NCBI GenBank assembly: GCA_038087875.1
Contig: CM075989.1
Coordinates: 20,152,001-20,212,000 of the forward strand
Direction: 5' to 3'
DNA length: 60,000 nt
Source: Malacoraja senta
Taxonomy: Eukaryota
The notes beneath the pieces are model-generated. The model saw only the letters and a list, made by a program, of their open reading frames with translations, did no database searches and was not told the DNA's origin. Both the position numbers and the translations under genes were made by a program. Positions 49,755 to 60,000 of the stretch are shown here, piece by piece (within the stretch, counting starts at the first letter, position 1; every line of letters begins with the position of its first letter).

Positions 49755-49930
49755 TTTTGTTTACGTTGAAGACAGACTGTGCACAGAAACAATCCATTGT
49801 TTTCCCTCTTCACATCATCAGCTTGTGTGTCATTGTGGACTATATCCCAGCCCAGGAAGATTCCAGCTGAATCATAATTGTTTCCATAAATCAAGTGTTA
49901 ACACGAGAGGGGTTTTCTGGGCATCATCAG
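49755..49930 (-). other. FGF7: Probable non-coding first exon (5' UTR) of FGF7
   Basis: Ends ...AAACAAAA|GTAAGT (donor 49754-49749). Contains TTGATTTATGGAAACAATTATGATTC, which I recall from the human FGF7 5' UTR. The 5' boundary is estimated from the TATA-like box. Confidence 0.75.
49840..49887 (-). promoter_or_regulatory. uORF1 in FGF7 5' UTR exon (METIMIQLESSWAGI*)
   Basis: ATG GAA ACA ATT ATG ATT CAG CTG GAA TCT TCC TGG GCT GGG ATA TAG read directly on the minus strand. Confidence 0.65.
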
Positions 49931-49953
49931 CCTGTTGTTGTGCAGTTCTGTTC

Positions 49954-49977
49954 AATAAATGCCTTTCCCTGACCTCA
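49954..49977 (-). promoter_or_regulatory. FGF7 core promoter: CRE/ATF-like TGAGGTCAG plus TATA-like CATTTATT
   Basis: Minus strand TGAGGTCAG(49977-49969)GGAAAGG-CATTTATT(49961-49954) immediately upstream of the first exon. Same arrangement as I recall for the human KGF promoter. Confidence 0.65.
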
Positions 49978-50463
49978 CTTGGAAGTAATTAGATCTTAGC
50001 CAGTCAGCTGTCAGTTGGCAGCACGAACAAAGGAGAAGTGAGGTTTCCTTTGTCAGATGTCCACATGGTCATCTGAGGGAGCTATGAACTCAGAGAGGGC
50101 TTTCTCATTTCCACACGATGTCTCCTTTCTTTATTCTCTGCTCTGTAATTCCATTCTGCTACAATCATGGGAGTAATAACGTGCTGTTCTCCACCACATA
50201 TATTCCCAGCTAGGAAAAACAAACCATTCATTTTCCCTTCATATTCATTGTGCTTTTAGGAACTATACATTCATTCAGCCACCGAAGGTAATTGGGTGCC
50301 TTTTGTTATGTATAAAATTTAACGTGCTAAAACAACTGAAAATCTTCATGTGGTCTATTATTGGTATGTTAAATTTAAAATATTCCCCTCTATCAAGTAA
50401 GATAGCAGCTGGACAGATTATACTATCTAGTTTTTTCTATTCAAAACTCTGAATGTTTCATAC

Positions 50464-50600
50464 TTCTTCTTGCGTATAGTGTGCACAGCCTAAAGTTGGA
50501 GGACAACTTGTTCTGTTTGATCTTCTGTTTGTGCACGCCTGGTCGATTGCATTCGTCGAAACAGGGTAGATCACGTGAAGGTTGCAATCTTCCCACCCCG
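50464..50600 (-). mobile_element. Short non-autonomous Vingi/Ingi-like retroelement with 5' ribozyme and (GAA)n tail
   Basis: Perfect TSD ATGTTTCATAC at 50453-50463 and 50601-50611. 3' end CAACTTTAGGCTGTGCACACTATACGCAAGAAGAA is shared with the LINE fragment ending near 11740. Confidence 0.85.
50545..50599 (-). ncRNA. Minimal HDV-like (CPEB3-type) self-cleaving ribozyme
   Basis: P1 GGGGTGG/CTACCCT, J1/2 GAA, P2 GATTGCA/TGCAATC, P3 ACC/GAT (one mismatch), L3 TTCACGT, J1/4 GT, TTCGA, J4/2 CGAA. Confidence 0.82.
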
Positions 50601-51236
50601 ATGTTTCATACGATGCCTACTGGCATATTGTTCTGTGGAGGTTTCTACTTGAGGCACTGCGGGGAAAAGATTTGCATGCTCTCGTGCTCCAAATCTTTTT
50701 GAAGGGACACTTCAATTAGAGTGGCCACCAATAATCTCAAATCCTTGATTACAAGGAACATCTCTTATCACAGTCCATTAAGGCAATGGTTTTATGAATA
50801 TGAAAACCAATAACTCATAAATGCTGTTGCCGTGAATGAGTTATGTGCTTTCATTTAAAGGAAGAGTTCCTGGAATTATTCATTAGGCTGAAATATTATG
50901 GATATGTGGTTCCAGTTAGGATCCGAAGTATCTGAAAATTAATTGAAAGCCATGATAAGTTAGTGTTATTTTGTACGTGCATATAATTAGCAATCAACCT
51001 TGTACAATAACATCTTCCTTCATCCCTTGCACATTTAATCTAATTAGTACAGTTTTTTAAATAGCCACTATATTTTAGATCTAGGAAAACAGGTTGGTGA
51101 GCTATTAAAAAAAAAGCTGATGATAAAAGTATATATTTTATGTAGCTGTAAAAACAAAGTTTCCATCAGAGTAGCACATGTTTTTATCTCCATTATATTT
51201 CATCACTTGACACATGCAAAACTTTCCTATTATACA

Positions 51237-51409
51237 AAGTGTTTAAGAAGGAACTGCAGATGCTGGAAAATCGAAGGTAGACAAAAGTGCTGGAGAAACT
51301 CAGCGGGTGCAGCAGCATCCTGAAGAGGGGTTTCGGCCCGAAACGTTTCCTATTTCCTTCGTTCCATAGATGCTGCTGCACCCGCTGAGTTTCTCCAGCA
51401 CTTTTGTCT
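51237..51409. mobile_element. Penelope-derived fold-back element with TSD
   Basis: Perfect 16-bp TSD ACTTTCCTATTATACA at 51221-51236 and 51410-51425. Confidence 0.85.
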
Positions 51410-52227
51410 ACTTTCCTATTATACATTTATTTTCATATCCTTCCCTCTGTGAAAGAACTACGAGTTAAGAGACTGACAAACATCCTACCAGTCCATAAAT
51501 ATTTCTAGAGCTACCGTCATGAACTACTTGAAGGTAGCACTTGGCATGTGCTAAGTGACCCACATCCTGATGCATTTTTCTCTTCGTTCCCCGACACATT
51601 TTCTACCCTTTTTCTCTGGGCAACTCAACCCAGTAAATTGCCCTCTAGACACTGTGTTCAATCTATCATACATCACTTGCCTCTCTTTTTTTCAAATAGC
51701 TTCATAGGAGGGCGACTAAGTTGATGAACAATCATCAGTCTACAATATTACCTTTGGATTACCAAAGCTACTCAAAATTGTAAATACTTTTTAACCTACT
51801 TGCTTGCAGTCATGATACAAGTATTTAAGTAATGGCATTTGCCTTACATTTTGCCACTCGAGCAATATTTCCAGTCATAAATCCAGATTTTCACACTCGG
51901 CTTGTTGTCTGTGAGTACATTTTTGAACTCCTCCACTATCAACCAGGCCAAACAATGAAAAGTGCACATTTGGTAAGAAAAATTACGTCGAATATAGCAG
52001 CTGTTAAGATCTTGAATTTTGTTTACCTGTAAAAGAAGTTTGAATGAAGCTCATCGAAATGGCGTTTAGTTTTCAACGACGAGAAATTATCTGAGAATAA
52101 GAGAAAACGGTCTAAATGTCTTTTAACTAACCTAACCTTCACTAAACTAACCTTGGTTGTGGGAAATTTGATAGGAATGTCCGGCAAGAACAAATTCAAT
52201 GGTCACTTACACTAATCTGCTCTAATA

Positions 52228-52458
52228 AACATAGAAACATAGAAAATAGGTGCAGGAGGAGGCCATTCGGCCCTTCGAGCCAGCACCACCATTCATTGTG
52301 ATCATGGCTGATCGTCCCCTATCAATAACCCGTGCCTGCCTTCTCCCCATATCCCTTGACTCCACTAGCCCCTAGAGCTCTATCTAACTCTTTCTTAAAT
52401 CCATCCAGTGATTTGGCCTCCACTGCCCTCTGTGGCAGGGAATTCCACAAATTCACAA
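52228..52458 (-). mobile_element. CR1 LINE 3' fragment
   Basis: VNLWNSLPQRAVEAKSLDGFKKELDRALGASGVKGYGEKAGTGY* and (CATAGAAA)n tail on +. Confidence 0.9.
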
Positions 52459-55400
52459 TCATAAAGAAAAGGCACCATTGATATGTTAAAGGCAAATCAT
52501 GTCTAGATTGAGTTTTATGATGAGGCAATAGAGAGAATGAATGAAATGCAACAGAATGGACATAAACAAAATCAAATCTAATGGACTATGAGGGGAAATT
52601 GTGGTATAGATGTGACAGGATGTGCAACAGTTTAAGAACTGAGAGATGGTGAGACAGGAACTGAGAGATGGTGAACAATTATTTCTTAGATTGAAGCAAT
52701 CTGTTCCCGACTGTTCAATGCTGAGAAACTATTTTGCTTGATGTATGCTACTTACTTCAGCCTGCATTTACAGATCTCTATTTTATAATTTCCAAATGAT
52801 ACAGAACTTGGAAAAGAACAACAAGGAGGTTAGTGATATACCTCAAAAAACAAAACAAAAGCAAGCAAGAATAATGAGCATAAAATGCAGATGAAAGTTA
52901 CTGTAGTGGGAAGTTAATGCCGTGATTTGCAAAGTAATATTAATGTGCAAGGAGGAACAATAAACCAAGTGAGTGTGTGCATATCTTTGAATGTGGTAGA
53001 CAGTCAGAATCTTTTCTCCATGGTGGAATTGTTATAGTCTAGGGTGTAGCTTTAGGGTGAGAAGGGCAAAGTTTAAAGGGGATGTGCAGGGCAAGTTTTT
53101 TTACAGCCCAGAATGTGCTGCCAGGGTTGGTGGTGGAAGAAGATGTGATAGCTACATTTAAGAGGCTTTTAGAAGGACCTTAGGGAATGGATATGGATCA
53201 TGAGCAGGCAGAGGAGATTAATTTAGCTATGCATCATGTTTGACATGGACATGATGGGCCGAAGGGCCAGTTCCTGTGCTGTACTGTTCTATGTTCCAAA
53301 TATCTTTAAGGAAGAATCTTCTGTGGCAGAAAGCTTGAGAAAACAGTTAAAATAACACATGGTAAACTTATCTTTATAAATAAAGGCATAGTCCATAAAA
53401 GTAAGGAAATCACATTGAACCTTTAAAGGCATTAGTCCAGCTTTGCTGTTGCAATGTTGCTGCATTGTGTTCAGTTCTGGGCATTGCACTTCAGATGGAA
53501 CGTGAAGTACTTTGAGTCTAGGTTTAATGGTCCTTGGGATGAAGGACATGAGCTAAGAGGAGAGATTGGGCAAGCTGAAGTTGTTCATCATCGAATAGAA
53601 AAGGTTGAAAGTTGATTTGGCTGTTTAAAATCATGAAAGGTTGTGGGTGGAAGGAAAGAGAACATTCAAATTGAGATCAGAAGTCGGTAGTTAGTAATTA
53701 TTTGATGAATACACAAATGCTCCGTTCAGTTTGTAAGTTCTGAATAAAAAAACAGTATGTTCACTCATCTCCCATCCCTGAGTCCGATATTTCCCTTCTA
53801 TCCTGTGTTTCCAGTCCCCTTTCACCTATATCCCTCCCTCTGGCTTTACATTTCACTACTCTTCTTATCTGACTGTTTTGTCTCCTTTTCACCTCTAGTC
53901 TTTGTCACTTATTCCACCCATCCATCAATCACCACCCTTGCGTGTATCCACCCACTACTTGCCTAGTTTTGCCCGTCACACTTTTCCAGCTTTCTTCCAC
54001 CTCCTCCATCAGTCCCAACACAACACATCTGTCCTTTCCCTCTACAGATGCTACCTGATCTGCTGAGTTCCTCCAGCAAACTTGTTTTTTTGCAATGCAT
54101 GACATAATTTAGACAAGTAACATTCACATCAGTGACTACCTGCAACATCAGAGAACTTAACTGTGTACCCTTCATACTCAATGACATTACAGTCAGCAAA
54201 TCCTTCAGTGCTCCAATACCTTGGGATTCACCATGGATTCAAATGGACTGGCCACATAAACACATCAGTTCCAACACACATTCGGAGGCTAGGTATTCTG
54301 CAGTGAGTGAGTCATCTGCCAGTACCCAAAAACATTTCACTATCTGCACATCACAAAACAAATGCAGGAACAGGCCCTTCGGCCCAAAAAATCTGTGCCG
54401 AACATCGTGCAAAGCTAAACTAATCTCCTCTGCCTGCTCATGATCCTTCCATTCCCTGCATGTCCTTCTAAATTCTCCACCCTCCTGGCTTACAGCTCCA
54501 ACAACACTCATGAACTTCAACACTACCCAAGACAATGTAACCTGCTTGATTGTTGCCCCATGCATCAACTGGAAGGTACATCCCCTTTCATGTCTGGGAC
54601 ATGATGACTGCATTGTCCATTAAATAAAACATTTCCGTTACTTGTCTGGCCTATTGCAAGAGCAACTCCCAAAAGATCTCCTCTCCCACCAAGAAGAACA
54701 AGGGGTTCAGGCACTTGGGAATACCATCATCTGTATGTTCTGTAACGAATTCTGATTTGGAAATATCACCATTCCTTTTTGTCACTCTCTTTCCAACAAC
54801 ATTCCCTCTCCAGAAGCATGGCAGTAGTTCAGAGTGACTGCCATCTTCTAACGGACAATTAGAAATAAGCAGTGAAGTTGGTCTTGCCAGTAATGCTCAG
54901 ATCACACAAAAAATGAAATAGTAGATCAGAGCAGGAAACCCAATGTCTGACTACATTATTAACATGTTTGATCCGTTTGTATTTCTGATCATTGGTGACC
55001 CCCAAGATGTTGATGAAGGTGGAGTCAGCAATGATAATGCTATTGGATATCAAGTGTAGTCAGATCCTTTCTTGTTGGAACCACAAATAATATAGGCCAT
55101 TTTTCAGCTTGTGGTTGGATTATGGTGTAGGCATCTAAGCCTGGGCTGCATCATCATCTTTGGAGTTGTAAATGGGGTTGAAATTATGTCATCATTGGTG
55201 TGTCTTCACTTCTGATGGAAACAATGTAATTAATGATGCAGTTGTAGTTGGTTGTGCTTCAGAGACAGGAACAACTCTCAACAAAGATGGGAACAACTTC
55301 AGAGATGACCCGCTGATTGACCCCTACAAAGCATCTTCCCTTGACGCCCATTGATTTTGATTTAATTAGTGCGCCTTGTTGCCATATACTGTTAAATTCT

Positions 55401-55519
55401 GCCGTGTTGTCAAGGGGGTGTCACTCTGACTTCATTACTGGAGATTAGCTCTTGAGTCCAAGGCTGGGATGAGATCTGAGGTCACGTTGTCCTGGTGAAA
55501 CACAAACTGAGCACCGTAA

Positions 55520-56170
55520 CAGATTTGTCATACACTTGCGCTGGATCTGCCAAAGCCTACTGGATCCCCCAGTTGCTAACCATCTTAACGTTCCCATGCC
55601 GACCGTTTTGTGCAGGGCCTCTTACTGCCAGAGTGAGGCCACATACAAACTGGAGGAACAGCGCCTCGTATCCCACTTGGGTAGCTTGCAACCCAATGGT
55701 ATGAGCTGAATTCTATAATTTTAGGTGACATCTCACCCCATTCTTTCTCTTCTCTTTCCTTCTCCCTGACCCCGATGCACAACAATTCTCCATTGATCCC
55801 ACTTCCCCACCCATTTAATCCCCCCTTCCACCAATATCCCTCCCTCCAGTTTACATTTCACTGCTGTAGACCTAATCCCAAATCTTTCAGACCTCTTCCC
55901 TCCTTCTCAACACCTTTTTGGTCTCCTTTAGCCCCCTTTTGTCAGCCTTATGTCTCCTTTTTATCTCTTGCTTTTGTCCACCCATCTGATAATCAAAACC
56001 GTATACCCAACTATTACTTGCCAGGATTTGTCCCACCCCCCAGCTCTTTTCCAACACTCCCTCCCCCACCACACTCAGCCTGAAGAAGGGTCCTGACCAG
56101 AACCATTGCCTGTGCATGACCTCCAGAGATGCTGCCTGACCCAGTGTATTACTCCAGCACTTTGTGTTCT
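55520..56170 (+). mobile_element. Penelope-like element 3' remnant (GIY-YIG endonuclease C-terminus + pLTR)
   Basis: Broken frames DPPVANHLN and CQSEATYKLEEQRLVSHLGSLQPNGM, then a CT-rich tract, CTGAAGAAGGGTCCTGACC and CCAGAGATGCTGCCTGACC...TTACTCCAGCAC. The last is the unit found in the fold-back elements. Confidence 0.8.
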
Positions 56171-56307
56171 ACCGTAACGGATTAGATGCTTTCCAACTCC
56201 AGAATGCAAAACTGGCTGGAAGAGGTATTGGCACTACTTCTGAAAACACAACATTTCAGTTACATCAACCCTTGTACATAACACGATGGAATTCATGTCT
56301 TTGACTT

Positions 56308-56600
56308 TACTTTGATTTAGAGATAAGGCATAGATAGAAACAGGCCCTTCGGCCCACTGGTCTGCGCCGACCAGCAATCAGTAGCAGTATCCTATACACA
56401 CTAGTGACAATTGATAATTTACAGAAGCCAATTAACCTACAAATCTGTATGTCTTTGGAATGTGGGAGGAAAGCGGAGCACCCGGAGAAAACCCACAGAG
56501 AGAACATACAAACACCGTACAGACAGCACCAGTAGTCAGGAACGAACCCGGATCTCTGGTGCTGTGAGGCAGCAACTCTATCACTGTGCCACTGTGCTAC
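56308..56600 (-). mobile_element. tRNA-derived V-SINE (HE1-like)
   Basis: Same head, core and tail as 8211-8510 on the minus strand. Confidence 0.88.
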
Positions 56601-57029
56601 CTTAGGATTTTGGGTTTTCTGCATTAGTATGGTGGTTATCAATTTATTGTTTGTTTTTTTGTTTATTATTTATTTGAGTGTATTGTGTTTATAGGCCTGT
56701 TATTCTGCTGCAACCAGTTGAAATATTTTACTGCCTACTATATCGAGTTTACAAACGGTTTTGTTCCCTCTCTATTCCTGAGAAGTGGAACATCATGCCA
56801 GGATTCTCAATGACGCAATGACCAGTGCAATGGAAATGTTTTGCAACAATAAATTAATTGGGAAGATTATGACTCATTATGGCATGTTACACTCCGATCA
56901 AGTGCAGTTCAATAAACGTACTGGTAGAATTTTCGTGTCACATTCCTCTCTGATTTCAGATTTCACTGGTACTTGGTGTGACAACTGTACCAGAATATTT
57001 TCTCAAGCATGTGGTGAAATGGCATGGCA

Positions 57030-57372
57030 TGAGAGGCAAAGATAGGGTAGACAGTCAGAACTTATTTCCCAGGGTAAAAATGCCCAACACTAGAGGGCAT
57101 AGCTATAAGGCGAGAGGGGGGAAATTCAATGGAGATGTGCAGGGCAAGTACTTTTTTTATACAGTGTGGTGGGGGCCTGGAACACATTGCCAGTGGTGGT
57201 GGTGGGGTCAGATACAATAGTGACAATTAAGAGGCTTTTAGGTATATGGAAGTGCAGGGAATAGAGAGACATGGATTATGTACAAGCAGATGAGATCAGT
57301 TTTACTTGGCATCATGTCCAGCACAAAGATTGTGGGCCGAAGGGCCTGTTCCCAATGCTGTACTGTTCTATG
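57030..57372 (+). mobile_element. CR1 LINE 3' fragment
   Basis: DRVDSQNLFPRVKMPNTRGHSYK and GGGCCGAAGGGCCTGTT..TGCTGTACTGTTCTATG tail. A similar copy lies at ~52995-53295. Confidence 0.8.
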
Positions 57373-59309
57373 TGTAATCTTTGCTCCTGGTTGCAGTGTC
57401 CACCATCAATGTATGCCAAGGTTATTTGCATATTAAGGACACAAAGTGGATGAGGCAGCATCTCTGGAGAACATGGATATGTGACATTGGGTCGGGACCT
57501 TCCTTTGTATTTGCATACTGTTATTGGTTCTTATTGGTTAAAAGTCAAAAATATTAAACAGTTTGGTTACGTGATAAACAAGGGCTTCCTTGCAGAAATC
57601 AATTATATTTTTTTAATTCAATAGAAGGTCCAAATTAACTAAAAGTGATATGAAAGATAGACTAGTCATTTAATGTAAATTAGTTTCAAATTTGAGGATA
57701 ATGAATTAGAAGCAAGACTGGATGTGTAGTATTTGGATGATTATCTGTAGGTATTCCTACTAAATCCTTTTTGTTAGTAGAGTAAGTGCATTTGTGAAAT
57801 GCTGCTGAGAGACCTGGGTGAGTAACTGCTGTGCATTTTTGTTGGTTCACATTACCGCTGCAATGAAGGAAGGAGTGAATGTTTTGTGTGGTGGATGGGG
57901 TACCAATCAAGTATGTACCATTCAAACAACGATGGAATTGCTTTCCAGTGATCCTGACCTCTGGTCTTGTCTGTGTTGAGCTGTGTTGTCTGTGTTGAGC
58001 TAGCACATTTTCTCTGTGATTATTTGAGTTTCCTCCTACGTCTCAAAGACCTACAGGTCCGTAGGTTAATGGGCTTCTGTAATTTGCCCCAAGTGTGTGA
58101 GGAGTGGATGCAATATTGGGAAAACATAGAAATGATTGTTGTTCAGCATGGGGAGGTGGGTCTTAAGGCCTGTTTCCATGCTGTACCCCTTCAATAAAAA
58201 CTACTAACCTGCTCTTTTAATTTGCTGCATTTTTTAAATATCCTTTTCCTGCATTGGGAAATTGTAGCCGGTCAACTTCTCAGTTTTGTTTTTACCTTGA
58301 ATGTTTATTGGTTTAAAATATGCCAAGTGTTGGCTCATCAGACATATTTCATAGGAAGAAAACACTAAATAATAAGTGATTAAAGTTGACAGTAGCTGAA
58401 GAATTTTGGAGCCTCGGGCACCATGACCCCCCGTGTGAGTCAGCCTAATTATTTTCCCCCTTGTATACAGCAAATTTAATTACTGACAAAAACAAAAGAA
58501 TAGCACATTTGAAAATGGTTCAATCAATACAAAATAATACATCTGACAATTGACTGCTTGTTGTTGCAATTTCTCTAAAGTTTTAAAACTCTGAGTAAGT
58601 CTTTTTATCTTATTGTAAATTAGATGCCAGTGAAACAGCTGTAAAAATGCCTACTGTGGTTGAGTTTAAACTCTTGATGTGACAAACTCCATGTAAAGTT
58701 GCAATGTGGGTGTCAAAGACACACAACCTGCATCTTCCTTGTGACTGGTGCATTCAAACACATACAATTCTCAATGTTTGAAGTGATTTACCAGTGGTAA
58801 TGTGATACTATTCTATGTTTGAAATCATTTGAAGTTATTCCTAACAGAACACCCAGTGGGAGAGCATGCAAACTCCACACAAGCAGCACCCAGGCTCAGA
58901 GTCGAGGCAGCAAGCAGCTCCAGAACTCTGCCATCCGCAAATTTTCTGCCTTCATTTGCAGCTTTCCTTTTCTGAATCTGTGCTCAGTTTCTCTTCTGCC
59001 TGCCAAGTTAGATCAAACCTTCACCAACATGACGAACACACTTGCAATAGTATTGGTGCTAGTCCCACTGAGATGGCACCCCTCAACCCCCGCCCCCCCC
59101 TCATCTGACCCATTCAGATTCAATCTTCCCCAGAACTGAGCCTAGTGCCCCAAGAATTCGAACATTTAAAGGTAACTTCTTATTATTTTAATTTCAGTAT
59201 TTTCTTGATATATTTTATACACATAATTATGATTGGCGAAAATGTCTCTTTTTTCAATGCTTTTTAATTAACGAACAGCTGTAGCCTGGATTGAACATAG
59301 AACAGAACA

Positions 59310-59665
59310 GCGCAGATAGATAGAATGGACAGGGTTGAGGCACAGAATATTTTTAGCCAGAGCAGGGGAATCAACCAACCAGCGGACATAGCTTTAAGGT
59401 GAGAGGGGAAAGATTTAATAGGAACCTGAGAGACAACTTTTTCACACAGAGGGTACATGGCGGGTATATGGAATGAGCTGCCAGAGGGTGTAGTTGTGGC
59501 AGCTACTATAACAACATTTAAAAGACATTTGGATCGGTATATGGATAGGAAATGTTTAAAGGGATGTGGGCCAAACTTGGGCTGGTAGGACTAGTGTAGA
59601 TGAGGTATCTTGGTTGGCATGGGCAAGTTGGGCCGAAGGACCCCTTTCCCTGCTGTGTGACTCAG
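59310..59665 (+). mobile_element. CR1 LINE 3' fragment
   Basis: GGACATAGCTTTAAGGTGAGAGGGGAAAG...TGGAATGAGCTGCCAGAGG...GGGCCGAAGG tail. Confidence 0.8.
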
Positions 59666-60000
59666 TAACAAGCCCTTCCATCCACAATGTCTATGCCGAA
59701 CATGGTATCAAGATAAACTAATCTCATCTGCCTGCACCTTGGTAAGTTATTTAAATATAATATTTTCATTCTTATGTGTTTGGAGACAAAATTTAACTGA
59801 AATTATATATACAAATATAAACCTCCTTGATAAAGTAAATAGTGTAGCCACAAAGTGAATTAAATTTTAAAGATTTATTTTTACATGAATAATATATTAG
59901 TTGCTTGATTTAAAAAAAAAATGCTATCCTGTGTAATTATTTTTCTTACCTTCCTGGAGTACTACCAAAAATCACCTGTTCACTCTTCATGCCATTTACT

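Noticed and set aside
59946..60000. GALK2 C-terminus
   Set aside because: Only vague similarity (IFGSTPG versus LFATKPGGG) over a few residues; not supportable.

Overview
Eukaryotic, AT-rich, repeat-dense genomic DNA. The repeat set (HE1-type V-SINEs, CR1/HER1-type LINE tails, Penelope fold-backs) points to a cartilaginous fish, probably a skate or ray. One host protein-coding gene can be fully reconstructed: FGF7/KGF on the minus strand. It has coding exons 48544-48832, 20768-20871 and 15224-15418 (588 nt, 195 aa + stop, all GT-AG and phase-consistent), a probable non-coding first exon at ~49755-49930, a TGAGGTCAG/TATA-like promoter and two uORFs. One uORF stops in a TAATG overlap with the main start codon. 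The rest is intron or flank filled with transposons: young and old CR1 LINEs, V-SINEs, L2, Rex1/Babar, Vingi-like LINE ends, a PIF/Harbinger-like MITE, a non-autonomous Helitron and more than 20 Penelope-derived fold-back elements carrying a minimal hammerhead-ribozyme core. The most notable signal is two sequence-divergent short (GAA)n-tailed, TSD-flanked retroelements (920-1083 + and 50464-50600 -). Each begins with a minimal HDV-like ribozyme whose L3/J1/4 (TTCACGT...GT) matches the mammalian CPEB3 ribozyme and whose stems co-vary. Comparisons to human FGF7, CPEB3 and repeat families are from recall and need confirming by alignment.
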